Both the position numbers and the translations under genes were made by a program. Shown piece by piece: positions 42,912-52,482 of a stretch of DNA of 64,000 nucleotides (its first letter is position 1; each line of letters starts with the position of its first letter). This DNA is from Bdellovibrionales bacterium (GTDB lineage: Bacteria > Bdellovibrionota > Bdellovibrionia > Bdellovibrionales > JAGQZY01), in assembly GCA_964229765.1 (NCBI GenBank), contig CAXREJ010000053.1:121129-185128 (forward strand), written 5' to 3'. The notes under the pieces were generated by a model. That model had not been told where the DNA came from. It did no database searches and was given only the letters and a program-made list of their open reading frames with translations.

Positions 42912-43685
42912 TTAATCAATAAATTGTGACCATTTAAAAAGATTGCGATAGCGTGTTTTTTGATTACTTGCAGGAGTTCTCTTGTTGGAGACTTTAACGT
43001 CTTCAAAGATATAGATCTGAGTTCCTTTTTTGGGAAAACCGTGAACTTGGCTAAGGAAATAGTAGCCCCCCGCTTTTTGGCAGACTTTCTTTTCATCGTA
43101 CTTAGAGCGTTCATGACCAAAGCGATCCGGAGCCGTAATATCAAGTTTCAAAACAGAACCTGATGTGCAGCCACCAAAGGCATTGTATTGTGTAACAGGC
43201 TCATACTCTCCCGTTGGGATTTTTTCAAAACGCACTTGTTTGTTGATCACAGACTTCACTTCTTTTTTTGTTTTATCAATAAGAATATAAGATGTGGCCC
43301 GTAATTTTTTGTATCCATCGTGGTAAGCGCTCACTTCTTTAGTGACATACTTTGAAGAAGGACTTCGACCCTTTAATCTATTTTCAAAAAAAGTTTTAGG
43401 TAAGTTCAGTGAATATCGATAACGGCCTTTGTTGCAATCCGTAGCCATTTTCTTTTGATCAACTTCAACATAAATCACTTTTTGCCCTGGAGCACAGTTA
43501 CCAAAAAGGTCCATTTGAATATTTGATCCGCCGTCTTCAAAGTATAGATCGCCAGAGGTTTCTATTGATACCACGGGATATTTTTCGTTCACTTCAGCTC
43601 TTTGAGCGTCAGTTTCAGAGTTATGAGCACAGCTTGTAACGATAAGAAGTAAAGGTAAAATTAGGATTCTTTTCATAGAATCCAT
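42912..43685 (-). CDS. Hypothetical lipoprotein
   Basis: 257 aa with lipobox LLIVTSC|A. Several Cys. No motif recognised. Confidence 0.55.
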   Translation of the reverse strand: MDSMKRILILPLLLIVTSCAHNSETDAQRAEVNEKYPVVSIETSGDLYFEDGGSNIQMDLFGNCAPGQKVIYVEVDQKKMATDCNKGRYRYSLNLPKTFFENRLKGRSPSSKYVTKEVSAYHDGYKKLRATSYILIDKTKKEVKSVINKQVRFEKIPTGEYEPVTQYNAFGGCTSGSVLKLDITAPDRFGHERSKYDEKKVCQKAGGYYFLSQVHGFPKKGTQIYIFEDVKVSNKRTPASNQKTRYRNLFKWSQFID

Positions 43686-43691
43686 CTTAAC

Positions 43692-44267
43692 TTAATTTTC
43701 GGGTTTGTAATCCCCTCCGTGGAGCTTTTCAGACTTTAGGGCCTTGATAAACCGACAAAAGCCCTGTGCCTGACTTTCTAGAAGTTGGCAAATGACTTCA
43801 TCTTCAATTTTACCATCTTTAATAAGGCCCCAAACATTGTGAAGAAATACGCGGTCAGGATAAATAAAAGCGTTGCGGTAACCAAAGATCTGTTGCAGAT
43901 GCTCTACCGGCCTTAATCCACCAAATCGTCCACCTAAGCCTATAAAAGCCACCGGTCTGTGCTCAAAGGTTTCAGGGAAGCGCCAATGATCAATAAAGTA
44001 TTTAAGAGCGCCAGGCATTGAGCCATTGTACTCAGGGCAAACTACAATTAAACCATCAGAGTCTAATAGTTCATCAATGGCTTTTTTGATTTTTTCAGGC
44101 TTATGCTCTTCCGAATAACTCTCATTTTTTAAATCGTCGACTCCAACATCTTTGATATTCATAATTCGTACATCAACGCCTTGTTTTTCATAAAGGGGTT
44201 TGATGAAGTTAGCCACTTCTTCTGAGCGTGAGCCCAATCGATTTGTTCCTACTAAAATATGCAACAT
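43692..44267 (-). CDS. NAD(P)H-dependent FMN reductase family flavoprotein
   Basis: 191 aa. MLHILVGTNRLGSRSEEVA and PEYNGSMPGALKYFIDH are flavodoxin-like FMN-reductase motifs. Confidence 0.75.
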   Translation of the reverse strand: MLHILVGTNRLGSRSEEVANFIKPLYEKQGVDVRIMNIKDVGVDDLKNESYSEEHKPEKIKKAIDELLDSDGLIVVCPEYNGSMPGALKYFIDHWRFPETFEHRPVAFIGLGGRFGGLRPVEHLQQIFGYRNAFIYPDRVFLHNVWGLIKDGKIEDEVICQLLESQAQGFCRFIKALKSEKLHGGDYKPEN

Positions 44268-44286
44268 AGAATAACCTTTTAAAGTA

Positions 44287-44799
44287 TTACTTACGGTGAA
44301 TGAGTGATTGGGAAGGAAACTTTAACTTATCTCTTCCCTTCAAGAAATCGAGTTCCACTAAAAAAAGACAAGAGACAATTTCAGCTCCTAGTCGGACAGC
44401 GAGTTCACAGGCCGCCTCAGCTGTTCCCCCAGTTGCCAATACATCATCAAGGACGAGCACCTTCTCCCCTTTTTCAATGGAGGTTGGAAGCATTTCGATG
44501 GTGTCCGTGCCATATTCTAAGTCATAAGTGAAACTCTCTGTTTTACCAGGCAGCTTTCCTTTTTTCCTGACCATAACCATGCCTTTATTCATATGAAGTG
44601 CTAGTGCACTTCCAAGAATAAATCCTCTGGACTCGATACAAACTATTTTAGAAAAGTCATATTTTTCAGCCACTTCTGCCAGACTCTTAATTAGATGTTG
44701 GAAGACTTCTGGGTTCTCCAATAACGGGGAGATATCAAGAAAATCGACCCCTTCTTTTGGGAAGTTTGGAACCACTCTCAATGCACTTTCTAAATTCAT
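44287..44799 (-). CDS. apt: Adenine phosphoribosyltransferase
   Basis: 170 aa. VPNFPKEGVDFLDISPLL and the PRPP loop VLVLDDVLATGGTAEA. Confidence 0.9.
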   Translation of the reverse strand: MNLESALRVVPNFPKEGVDFLDISPLLENPEVFQHLIKSLAEVAEKYDFSKIVCIESRGFILGSALALHMNKGMVMVRKKGKLPGKTESFTYDLEYGTDTIEMLPTSIEKGEKVLVLDDVLATGGTAEAACELAVRLGAEIVSCLFLVELDFLKGRDKLKFPSQSLIHRK

Positions 44800-44877
44800 A
44801 AATTCCTCTTGTCGCTTGCGACTGAGGGAAAGTGATTCAAGTTAAAAGACACTTAGAGAGTTTAAAATTCTCCCTAA

Positions 44878-45900
44878 TTAAACTTTCCCACCTTTTTGTC
44901 GTACCATTCTTTTAGCTTTTTGATTGATGATAGAAAAGTCGCTAGAAGTCACCTGACCTTTTCCTGAGGATATTTGAGCTGCCATTTCATTCATTTGGTT
45001 GACTCTTTCTTGGCTTGGAGGGTGTGTGCTCAAAGCATCAGCAAATGAGGCTAAAATACCTCCTCCTCTTTTTCTCTCTTTTTCCATTTGTAACAGCTTT
45101 GAGTAGAAGCGTCCCACGTGGTTTTTATCATAACCGGCTCGAGTTGAGGTGCGAAAACCAATACGATCCGCTTCCATTTCGTCTTCACGTGAGTTGGCCA
45201 TAAATCCATACTTTTGTATGAGAAGTCCTCCTCCAACACCAGCAGCGCCACCATAAGTAGCGGCACGAGCGATACATTCCTTATCTCTTGGTGGACAAAC
45301 CAATTGACCGACACCAAAACCCACTACGGCCCCAGCCAAACCTCCACCCAGAGCATAAAGCCAGGATTTCTTCTGAGCTTGCTTGGCCGCGTGAATTCTC
45401 TCGGCCGAATGTCTTGCTTTCACATGTCCGACCTCATGGCCTATAACTCCCGCCAACTCAGCTTCCGACTCGGCCATCGCTAAAAGAGGAGTTGTCACAA
45501 AAATAGTGCCTGCAGGGAGCGCAAAGGCATTAACGTAATTCACATCAACCACAGTAAAATTGTAGTTGTAAGGTCTCCCTTCAAGATTGTTTTGCTTTAC
45601 AATTTTTTGGCCGAGTCCTCTTATGTAATTTTGAGTCTGGGAATCCTTCAGAGGAGGATAATCCTTTCTCATTTGTGGCAGAACTTCTGAGGTCATTTTT
45701 TTTTCGTCGGCAACACTCAACGAACTGGCTTGTCCCGTGTTGTCACCTTCTCTGTAGCGTGTTTTCGGAGCGCTGGAACAAGCGGCCAGCAACAGAGGCA
45801 TGGCTTTTAAAAAACTGCGGCGACCGGATTGGGTTGAGGTCAATTCTTTCAAGGTTTTTTCGAGTTCATTCAAAATCCCACTGTTGTTTTTATTGTCCAT
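44878..45900 (-). CDS. M48-family zinc metalloprotease lipoprotein with Tat-like leader
   Basis: SGRRSFLKAMPLLLAAC|S leader. HExxH (IGHEVGHVKARH). Downstream EMEADRIG motif. Confidence 0.75.
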   Translation of the reverse strand: MDNKNNSGILNELEKTLKELTSTQSGRRSFLKAMPLLLAACSSAPKTRYREGDNTGQASSLSVADEKKMTSEVLPQMRKDYPPLKDSQTQNYIRGLGQKIVKQNNLEGRPYNYNFTVVDVNYVNAFALPAGTIFVTTPLLAMAESEAELAGVIGHEVGHVKARHSAERIHAAKQAQKKSWLYALGGGLAGAVVGFGVGQLVCPPRDKECIARAATYGGAAGVGGGLLIQKYGFMANSREDEMEADRIGFRTSTRAGYDKNHVGRFYSKLLQMEKERKRGGGILASFADALSTHPPSQERVNQMNEMAAQISSGKGQVTSSDFSIINQKAKRMVRQKGGKV

Positions 45901-46029
45901 AGCAAGTCTCGCAAAAAGTTGTTTTCTCTTTTAGTCTTCTATATCATGCATAATAGAAGCCTTTAGATCAAGGTTACAAGAGTCTACCGGACGGTAAGAT
46001 TTTGCTAATAGGACTCTTAAATAAAGGGA

Positions 46030-46911
46030 GTGAAATTGCCGTTTTTATTGTTATTTTTTACTGTTTTTTCATTGGCAAAAGGAAATACTAAAAATGATTG
46101 GGAACTCTGGAAAAAGGAAAACTATGAAAGAGCTCTCACCTCTCCCACCTCATTCCTCAATGCTTATTCCCTCTCTCAAACAGAAAAAGGTAATTCGCTC
46201 TATTTAGTCATCGACAATAGTCGACATAATACAAAGTGGGTTACAGCTAAACCCAAAAAATTCTATATGGATGCTGAGCACTTAGGTGAAAAGATTCGAG
46301 TAAAAAAGCAAGGCAAAACCATTGGCTATCTTTTTGATCAACCCAATAAACGAAGAAAAAAAGTGGAACTTCCCAATGGGGCCATTGCTGAGATTGTTTA
46401 TGGCAAAAGATCTCAAAAGCTTTGGACTTATTTATATGATCCTGAACAAATAAAACAATTCACAGGGTTTAGGTTTTATGAGTTTAATCCTCAGGCTATT
46501 GTTAAGGGATCACTTAAAGTTCATCCTCCGCGTTTTGTCAGTTATAAAACCGTTCAAGGTGACGCGACTCAAGTGAACCAAGTTGGTAATGTTAGTTTTC
46601 ATCTTATGGGGCAAGACTTTTATTTGCCGGCCTACAATTGGCAAAAAAAAGGCGAGAAAATCACTTATGTCGCTCTTGTTTTTTCTGATAATACAGCTGG
46701 ACTTGAAACCTATCCTGGAGGCAGAGAGCTTGTTGTTGATACCCCTGCAGGTCTTCATCAGAACCAAGAACTCACGCTTGATTTTAACCGTGCCATGAAT
46801 TTTTTCTGCGCTCATTCTCCTTTTTGGCATTGTCCTGTGGGGTTACAGAAAAAACTTGAAGTTAAAGTAAATGCTGGGGAAATGCTACCGGAGCGAAAAA
46901 TTGTCAATTAA
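46030..46911 (+). CDS. DUF1684 family protein (secreted)
   Basis: 293 aa with a GTG start and signal peptide. The C-terminal pattern YPGGRELVVD ... NFFCAHSPFWHCP is typical of DUF1684. Confidence 0.65.
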   Translation: MKLPFLLLFFTVFSLAKGNTKNDWELWKKENYERALTSPTSFLNAYSLSQTEKGNSLYLVIDNSRHNTKWVTAKPKKFYMDAEHLGEKIRVKKQGKTIGYLFDQPNKRRKKVELPNGAIAEIVYGKRSQKLWTYLYDPEQIKQFTGFRFYEFNPQAIVKGSLKVHPPRFVSYKTVQGDATQVNQVGNVSFHLMGQDFYLPAYNWQKKGEKITYVALVFSDNTAGLETYPGGRELVVDTPAGLHQNQELTLDFNRAMNFFCAHSPFWHCPVGLQKKLEVKVNAGEMLPERKIVN

Positions 46912-47000
46912 TATAAGTCGCGTTCTCGGAGAACTTTTAAGGAAATTAAGCGCACGCCCACTTGGTTTCACTGATACACGGTCTCTAAACTGAGGCCAAC

Positions 47001-47027
47001 GCTTAGGATAGTTCATTTATCCTAAGC
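47001..47027. terminator. 10-bp perfect hairpin GCTTAGGATA-gttcatt-TATCCTAAGC between convergent genes
   Basis: Read from the sequence. Lies between the DUF1684 gene (+) and gdh (-). A weak T-run (gacttttt) follows downstream on the plus strand. Confidence 0.45.
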
Positions 47028-47063
47028 ATTCATGAGACTTTTTCCTCTTAATAAATTTCGCCT

Positions 47064-48482
47064 TTAGCCTGGGAAAATACCTGCTAATTCGTAGGATTTG
47101 CCCACCTTTTTTATGGCTGTCACAAAGGCTGCTGTCCTCAAATCAATCTTGTAGTCATTCTCCTCGACCACTTCGATGATTTGTCTAAGTGCCTCAATCA
47201 TTGTTTCTTCCAGTCCTGACGCAATTAACTGAGCTTCATCGCCTTGCTTTGAAAACTTCTCAATCAGACTAGAGCTGATATCTTTCTGTGTCACTTCTGA
47301 CATGAGGGAAGCCATATTTTCAAACTTACCCTGATCAAATCTTTTGTCGATTCTTCCAAAACGAATGTGAGAAAGATTTTTAACCCATTCAAAGTAGGAG
47401 ACTGTCACCCCTCCAGCGTTAAGGTAAATATCTGGAACAATAATTTTGCCTTTTTCAAAAAGCTTTTGGCTTGCAATCGCTGTTATAGGACCATTGGCGG
47501 CCTCTCCAATAATAGGTGCTTTTATTGTTTTATAATTATCCTCATGAATTTGATTTTCCAATGCTGCTGGCACAAAAATATCACAGTCGACTGAAAAAAT
47601 ATCATCACGTTTTTTTGAAAAAGAACCTGAAGGATATTTCTCAAAGGATTTATTTTCCTGACGAAATTCCGCAAGAGACTTAATATCAAGGCCTTCAGGG
47701 TTGGAAATAATTCCTTCAAACTCAGCAATATGTGTGACTCGAGCGCCCATCTCGGACAAGTACTTAGCGGCATGATAGCCCACATTTCCAAACCCTTGAA
47801 CAGTGACTCTTTTGCCTAAAATATCAGTCGGTAAGCCTACTTTTTCCATGAGTACTTTATTGCGACAAATCTCTCTTAGACCAAAGGCCACACCCATTCC
47901 GGTAGCTTCTGTGCGCCCTCTCACGCCTCCCATCGCAACAGGTTTGCCGGTTACACAGGCTGGAGCATTGAGTTCATGGTTCAGCGAACTGTATGTGTCA
48001 GAGATCCAAGCCATTTCCTGCTCTCCAGAACCATAGTCAGGAGCCGGCACGTCAATACCGGGACCTATAAAATTTTTGTTATGCAACTCAAAGGTGAGTC
48101 TTCTACAAATACGCTCCCTTTCTGCGACAGAGTATTTTTTAGAATCAATTTTCACAGCTCCCTTGGCACCCCCAAAAGGCACTTCAACTATGGCACACTT
48201 ATAAGTCATCAAAGCTGCCAGTGCCTTAACCTCATCTTCATTGGCAATCTCAGCAAAACGGATTCCCCCTTTACAGGGCTTTCGATGATGGGAGTGTTGC
48301 GCTCTCCAGGCTTCAATAACTTCAATACGTCCATTATCTCGTCGGATAGGAAATTTAAAATGAACAATGGCGTTGGTTTCTCTGATTTGATTAAGAACAT
48401 CTTTATCAATATCAAGGTACTGACAAGCCTTTTGAAAGTTATCTTCCACTTGTTTGCAAAACTGACTTTTATTTTCTGACAA
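47064..48482 (-). CDS. gdh: Glutamate dehydrogenase (Glu/Leu/Phe/Val dehydrogenase family)
   Basis: 472 aa. Catalytic Lys region VPFGGAKGAVKID and Rossmann motif VTVQGFGNVGYHAAKYL. Confidence 0.85.
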   Translation of the reverse strand: MSENKSQFCKQVEDNFQKACQYLDIDKDVLNQIRETNAIVHFKFPIRRDNGRIEVIEAWRAQHSHHRKPCKGGIRFAEIANEDEVKALAALMTYKCAIVEVPFGGAKGAVKIDSKKYSVAERERICRRLTFELHNKNFIGPGIDVPAPDYGSGEQEMAWISDTYSSLNHELNAPACVTGKPVAMGGVRGRTEATGMGVAFGLREICRNKVLMEKVGLPTDILGKRVTVQGFGNVGYHAAKYLSEMGARVTHIAEFEGIISNPEGLDIKSLAEFRQENKSFEKYPSGSFSKKRDDIFSVDCDIFVPAALENQIHEDNYKTIKAPIIGEAANGPITAIASQKLFEKGKIIVPDIYLNAGGVTVSYFEWVKNLSHIRFGRIDKRFDQGKFENMASLMSEVTQKDISSSLIEKFSKQGDEAQLIASGLEETMIEALRQIIEVVEENDYKIDLRTAAFVTAIKKVGKSYELAGIFPG

Positions 48483-48729
48483 TGGGTCCTCCTGAATGAA
48501 TTCTTAAAGGTTAGCACCCTATAAATTGATATCCAATAACTTACCAGTTGCGTTCATTGTTTAAATTTAATTGTGAAGAAATAATATTAAAAAACACAAG
48601 AAATCAAAATATTTAAGGGTAAAAGTAAAATCAATAGTTTTTAAAATTTACACCTATTTAAAGTGATAGGATAAAGTGTATCCAATCAAAACTCTATGAC
48701 CAAGATGAGGGGTTATTCATTTTTCAACC

Positions 48730-50034
48730 CTAGTAATCTTCGTGACCTTCTTTAGAGAAATCAACCAGCTCTAGATCAAAGTTTGTTTGAGAAACCTCAA
48801 AAAAGTCTTCATCAATAGAAATATTGGACTCACTCAATTCACTGGCTGTAACCACAGTCGTTTCTTCAGGCTCATAATCTTCTTCAAAAATCTGTAAAAG
48901 ATTACTTTTTGAGTTTTTACGTTGCCTCGCTGTTTTCTCAATATCAATGGCTAATCTAAAGTGACTGGCTAAAACTTCAAACAGTGATTTTTGATTTAGA
49001 ACTAAAAAGGTACAAACAGTTTCTGTTAGAACACTGGCCGTTCTTGGCTCATGAAACATTGCTGCGACTTCACCAAAGTAATTTCCTTCAGCCAAACTTG
49101 TTACAGGCATTGAGTCTTTTATAATAGAAACAGAACCTTGCAAGACAAAGTAAAAGTCACCACTACGCTCCCCTTGCTCTATAACCATTTGCTCTTTTCC
49201 GTATTTTTCTATACGGCACTTAGAAATAAAGAATTGCATCACATCAGTGGGAAGAGATCTAAAAAGTGGATTGGCAGCCAATGTTTGGTTGAGAATCAAT
49301 CGAGATTTCAGGCCTTTATAAGCTTCAAAGGAAGTTGGACTTGAGGTGTCCACAATTTTACTAGCTTTAATTTTCAAAAGCCAACAGGTTTGGCTTGCCA
49401 TAACATCAGCATTTCTCACTTTATTAAAGATAGCAGCACTTTCTCCAAACACAGACAATGGACCAAGGGTTGCAATAAATTCTGCTCCTTTAAAAACGCC
49501 CACCTCTCCAGTCAAGAGAACGAAAAACTCATCACTCTTAGTTCCTTCTCTAATGAGTTTATCACCCTCGTTAACTTGTATAAGTTCCGAAACATTCAAT
49601 ATTTTTTGAGCCGTGGAGCGATCACATTTCAAAAATAAAGTGGTTTTTTGTATAAGAGCGATCAGGCGTTCACTGGAAAAATAACTCTTATCCCAAGTTT
49701 TTGATTGTAGGTGATTGAGTTTCCCAGGAACAGCTCCATTGACAGTGTCGTAGAAGTCCGCGGCGTTTTGCAAGACCTTAAGCGAGGCTAAATGTTTTAA
49801 CATCATTAATGACTTATCAATACTGAACTTTTCACCCTTATCATTGAGAAAAAGAAAGATTTCTCTAAGAGACATGTGACCATTAATTTGCTTTAAAAAA
49901 GGAGCGACTTCCTCTTCGACCGGTATTGAGTCTGAATCGGGAACTTGTAAAATAGAGACACCACCGCCACCTTCAAGGCGAACATTTTTATTCATCTTTG
50001 GAATAAAGTTTTCTAATCTTCCCATGGCACTCAT
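48730..50034 (-). CDS. Protein with two cyclic-nucleotide-binding domains and an acidic tail, no recognisable output domain
   Basis: 434 aa. Domain 1: SVFGESAAIFNKVRNADVMA. Domain 2: NYFGEVAAMFHEPRTASVLT. The C-terminus is Glu/Asp-rich (EEDYEPEETT..., DLELVDFSKEGHEDY). Confidence 0.75.
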   Translation of the reverse strand: MSAMGRLENFIPKMNKNVRLEGGGGVSILQVPDSDSIPVEEEVAPFLKQINGHMSLREIFLFLNDKGEKFSIDKSLMMLKHLASLKVLQNAADFYDTVNGAVPGKLNHLQSKTWDKSYFSSERLIALIQKTTLFLKCDRSTAQKILNVSELIQVNEGDKLIREGTKSDEFFVLLTGEVGVFKGAEFIATLGPLSVFGESAAIFNKVRNADVMASQTCWLLKIKASKIVDTSSPTSFEAYKGLKSRLILNQTLAANPLFRSLPTDVMQFFISKCRIEKYGKEQMVIEQGERSGDFYFVLQGSVSIIKDSMPVTSLAEGNYFGEVAAMFHEPRTASVLTETVCTFLVLNQKSLFEVLASHFRLAIDIEKTARQRKNSKSNLLQIFEEDYEPEETTVVTASELSESNISIDEDFFEVSQTNFDLELVDFSKEGHEDY

Positions 50035-50258
50035 AGTATCATCGTTGAATTATAAAGAGCTAGTGAGTGACTAGAGGTTGGTCGAGACAACCTCTTCCAT
50101 AGAAAATAGTAAAAGTCTGCATAACAAGGGCCTATTGAAGTTTTATGTAAATGAGCGATGATATAAAACGAAAGGTACTAAGAGGAGTCATCACTAAGTC
50201 TATTGCGACCACAAGTTATGATGATCTTATTTTTTACTGAACACAAGAATAAAAGACT

Positions 50259-50693
50259 CTAGTTATTCCGCGAGGTTCTACGAATAACTTCAGCAGGAAC
50301 CCGCAATTGTTCTTTTAAATATTTTTTAAAACTTTCTTTGTAGTTTTGCTCATCAATGGCCTTATCCATACAAATTAGCCAAGCGTCCTTTTCCGCTTCA
50401 TTGATGATAAAGTTTTTATGGGCCTGCGGCATACCTACAAATTGATATTTTTCTCTGTAGGTCTTGGGACCACCGAGCCACATGGAGAGGAAAAGAGTAA
50501 GTTTTTCCGTCATATCCTCTAGACTTTCTTTGTGCATCTCGCGTATGACCTGAGCTTCAGGGAAGGTTTCCATGTTGCGGTAAAAGACTTCACAGAGTTT
50601 TCTGAGTCCTTGGTATTCTCCAGCCGCTTTATAAGAGGAGTCTAGGAATCCATAGCTTTCTTGTTCCCTATCATCATTTGTAAAATTCGACAT
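50259..50693 (-). CDS. Group-II truncated haemoglobin (trHb)
   Basis: Start placed at ATG 50693 (AGGAG upstream). Pattern GEYQGLRKLCEVFYRNM....LTLFLSMWLGGPKTYREKY..GMPQAHKNFIINEAEKDAWLICM is typical of 2-on-2 globins. Confidence 0.7.
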   Translation of the reverse strand: MSNFTNDDREQESYGFLDSSYKAAGEYQGLRKLCEVFYRNMETFPEAQVIREMHKESLEDMTEKLTLFLSMWLGGPKTYREKYQFVGMPQAHKNFIINEAEKDAWLICMDKAIDEQNYKESFKKYLKEQLRVPAEVIRRTSRNN

Positions 50694-50949
50694 AAAAGAG
50701 AACCTCTCCTTTAGGAGTGATGTAATGTTTAACCTCAGGCTCAACCACACCAAAATAATCTGGTGTTAAAATATAGGATTTTGTTTCAGGCTCAGAGATC
50801 ACATATTCAATCTCCCCTTTTTCTAGAACAATTTTACCCCAAACTCCGGCCTTCGTATTGTGGTCATTGAGTAAGCCTTTTGGAACCGTTTTCTCCGTGA
50901 ATTTAGGAGTTTGCTTATACTTGCTAAGGTTTTTTGGCAGGGTTTTCAT
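50674..50949 (-). CDS. DUF1971 (YeaR/TehB-N-like) protein
   Basis: 91 aa. The pattern TPKFTEKTVPKGLLNDHNTKAGVWGKIVLEKGEIEY matches the DUF1971 motif. 20-nt overlap with the globin gene. Confidence 0.65.
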   Translation of the reverse strand: MKTLPKNLSKYKQTPKFTEKTVPKGLLNDHNTKAGVWGKIVLEKGEIEYVISEPETKSYILTPDYFGVVEPEVKHYITPKGEVLFYVEFYK

Positions 50950-50959
50950 AAGAATAAAA

Positions 50960-51367
50960 TTAGTTTTCCTTTGATTTCATTTTCATAACTGTAAAGCCTG
51001 CCTTTTGCGCTTTACGTAGGTCTTGATGTCGAATCTCATAAATATTGAGCATTCCGGTGTCGGCCCCGCAAGACTGTATTCTCATTAAGCCATCATTCTT
51101 TTTTTCTGAAGAAAGAATTTGAACACCAGGAAGTTCCTTCTTTGCCATTTCCTTTAAAGGAACACCTTCTCTCATTCCACATTGTAAACTTCCGTCTGAT
51201 TTTCCAACAAAAAGACTGCCTAAGTTTTCTTCCTCATACCCGGTCGGAGGTTTAGGGTCTAAAGGTTTTAAAATGTCCTTTTCTCCTCTGCGACAATGCC
51301 CTGTGGAACAAGCGACGACAACTAACATTGAAGACCATAAGAGCCACTGTGAGAAGGATTTTGTCAT
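50960..51367 (-). CDS. Small hypothetical lipoprotein
   Basis: Start placed at ATG 51367 (ATGA overlap with the BamB-like stop). Lipobox MLVVVAC|S. Confidence 0.5.
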   Translation of the reverse strand: MTKSFSQWLLWSSMLVVVACSTGHCRRGEKDILKPLDPKPPTGYEEENLGSLFVGKSDGSLQCGMREGVPLKEMAKKELPGVQILSSEKKNDGLMRIQSCGADTGMLNIYEIRHQDLRKAQKAGFTVMKMKSKEN

Positions 51368-52482
51368 TGTGAAATACTCCATTGGAAAGCATTAGAAGGT
51401 CTTTGCGTCAAATCCAGACGATACAAATTAGCATCATTACTTATAAGATAAATCTGGTTTTTATCGGTATCAACTGTCGGTCTCGCAAAAACCCCAAGGC
51501 CTGAGTCAAATTCTAAAGCCTTATTTAAAGTGCTTATCTCTCTCAGGACCAAAGACCCCTGACTCTCACCATAAACGAGAAAGTTATCAAGACGAACAAT
51601 CTCGGTAGCCATTCCTTCAAGGTTAATGACTTTCTTTAACAATTTTCCAGAGTCCTCATCTAGCACATGGATTTCATTATCAACCGTTGGAAAATAAACC
51701 TTATCCTCAATAACAAGAACAGCGTTGTAGCCACCAAAATCATGGCGCCACTTTATTGTCCCGTTATCGCGATCAAGGCAATAAAGAGCATTGGCGTAGC
51801 TCGACACAAGAAGACAGTGTTGAGATAGTACCACTCGGGCATCAACATCATTGAATTTTTTGTCATCACCGATTCTTTTGCTCCAAAGCTCTCTTCCATT
51901 TTGGGCATTAACAGCGACAAAGCCTCCGTCACTGCTTCCCACATAAAGAATGCCACTTTCGTAAACGGGAGCTGTCTGTCCTCGCACAGTCATATTGGCT
52001 TTAGCTGAGTTCGTTTTTACCCATACTGTCTCCCCTGTTTTTTTGTTGAGAGAGTAAAGAGTGTTATTACCAGCGACATGGTAAACGAAATCTCCATGGA
52101 CCAAAGGTTGTGTTAGGGACTCGGAATTCAGTTTAAAAGTCCAAAGAACTTTTCCTGAAAGAGCGTCGACACAGTAAAACTTACCGTTATTTGCTCCAAA
52201 GTAGAGGCGATTTTCATCAAGAGCGGCTCCACCTTCAACTCCATTTTTTAAAGTCATTTCCCATTTCTTATTACCAGAATTACGATCATAGGCTGAAATA
52301 CCATCGACTGCATTTCCCTGAATAATAAAGTCACCAGCTAGTAAAGGCGGCATTCTATTAAGATAGCGAAAACCTAAATGACTGGTCGAAAGTGTCGTAC
52401 GTGACCACTGTCTTTCGAGGTGAGGGGCACTTTGAGTCCCGAAGGAATAGTTAAAGGAAATTATAAAGAGAAGCCATTTCAT
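51364..52482 (-). CDS. bamB: BamB-like PQQ-repeat beta-propeller protein
   Basis: 372 aa with a signal peptide. Repeated motifs (LYFGANNGKFYCVDALSGKVLW, NTLYSLNKKTGETVW, GGFVAVNAQNGRELW, ALYCLDRDNGTIKW). Synteny with the upstream YfgM-like gene mirrors E. coli yfgM-bamB. Confidence 0.65.
   Translation of the reverse strand: MKWLLFIISFNYSFGTQSAPHLERQWSRTTLSTSHLGFRYLNRMPPLLAGDFIIQGNAVDGISAYDRNSGNKKWEMTLKNGVEGGAALDENRLYFGANNGKFYCVDALSGKVLWTFKLNSESLTQPLVHGDFVYHVAGNNTLYSLNKKTGETVWVKTNSAKANMTVRGQTAPVYESGILYVGSSDGGFVAVNAQNGRELWSKRIGDDKKFNDVDARVVLSQHCLLVSSYANALYCLDRDNGTIKWRHDFGGYNAVLVIEDKVYFPTVDNEIHVLDEDSGKLLKKVINLEGMATEIVRLDNFLVYGESQGSLVLREISTLNKALEFDSGLGVFARPTVDTDKNQIYLISNDANLYRLDLTQRPSNAFQWSISQ

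Noticed and set aside
42875-43163. ORFs 42875-43144 (-) and 42960-43163 (+) overlapping the 3-prime end of the lipoprotein gene
   Set aside because: Both are shorter and lack an RBS or signal. The 42912-43685 frame has a clean lipoprotein leader and extends much further.
45015-45902. Multiple short ORFs on both strands within the M48 protease gene (45015-45203, 45051-45317, 45214-45483, 45675-45902)
   Set aside because: They overlap a full-length ORF that has a Tat-like lipoprotein leader and an HExxH motif. None has independent support.
47976-48479. 167-aa plus-strand ORF and several others (47367-47594, 47803-48036, 48209-48517) inside the gdh locus
   Set aside because: They are antisense or out-of-frame relative to a full-length glutamate dehydrogenase with intact catalytic and Rossmann motifs.
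50139-50228. 29-codon plus-strand ORF (MSDDIKRKVLRGVITKSIATTSYDDLIFY) and hairpin AGAGGTTG-gtcgaga-CAACCTCT (50073-50095) in the gap between the globin and cNMP genes
   Set aside because: The ORF has no RBS. The hairpin has no T-run on the transcribed strand. It may be a weak terminator, but the evidence is insufficient to call either feature.
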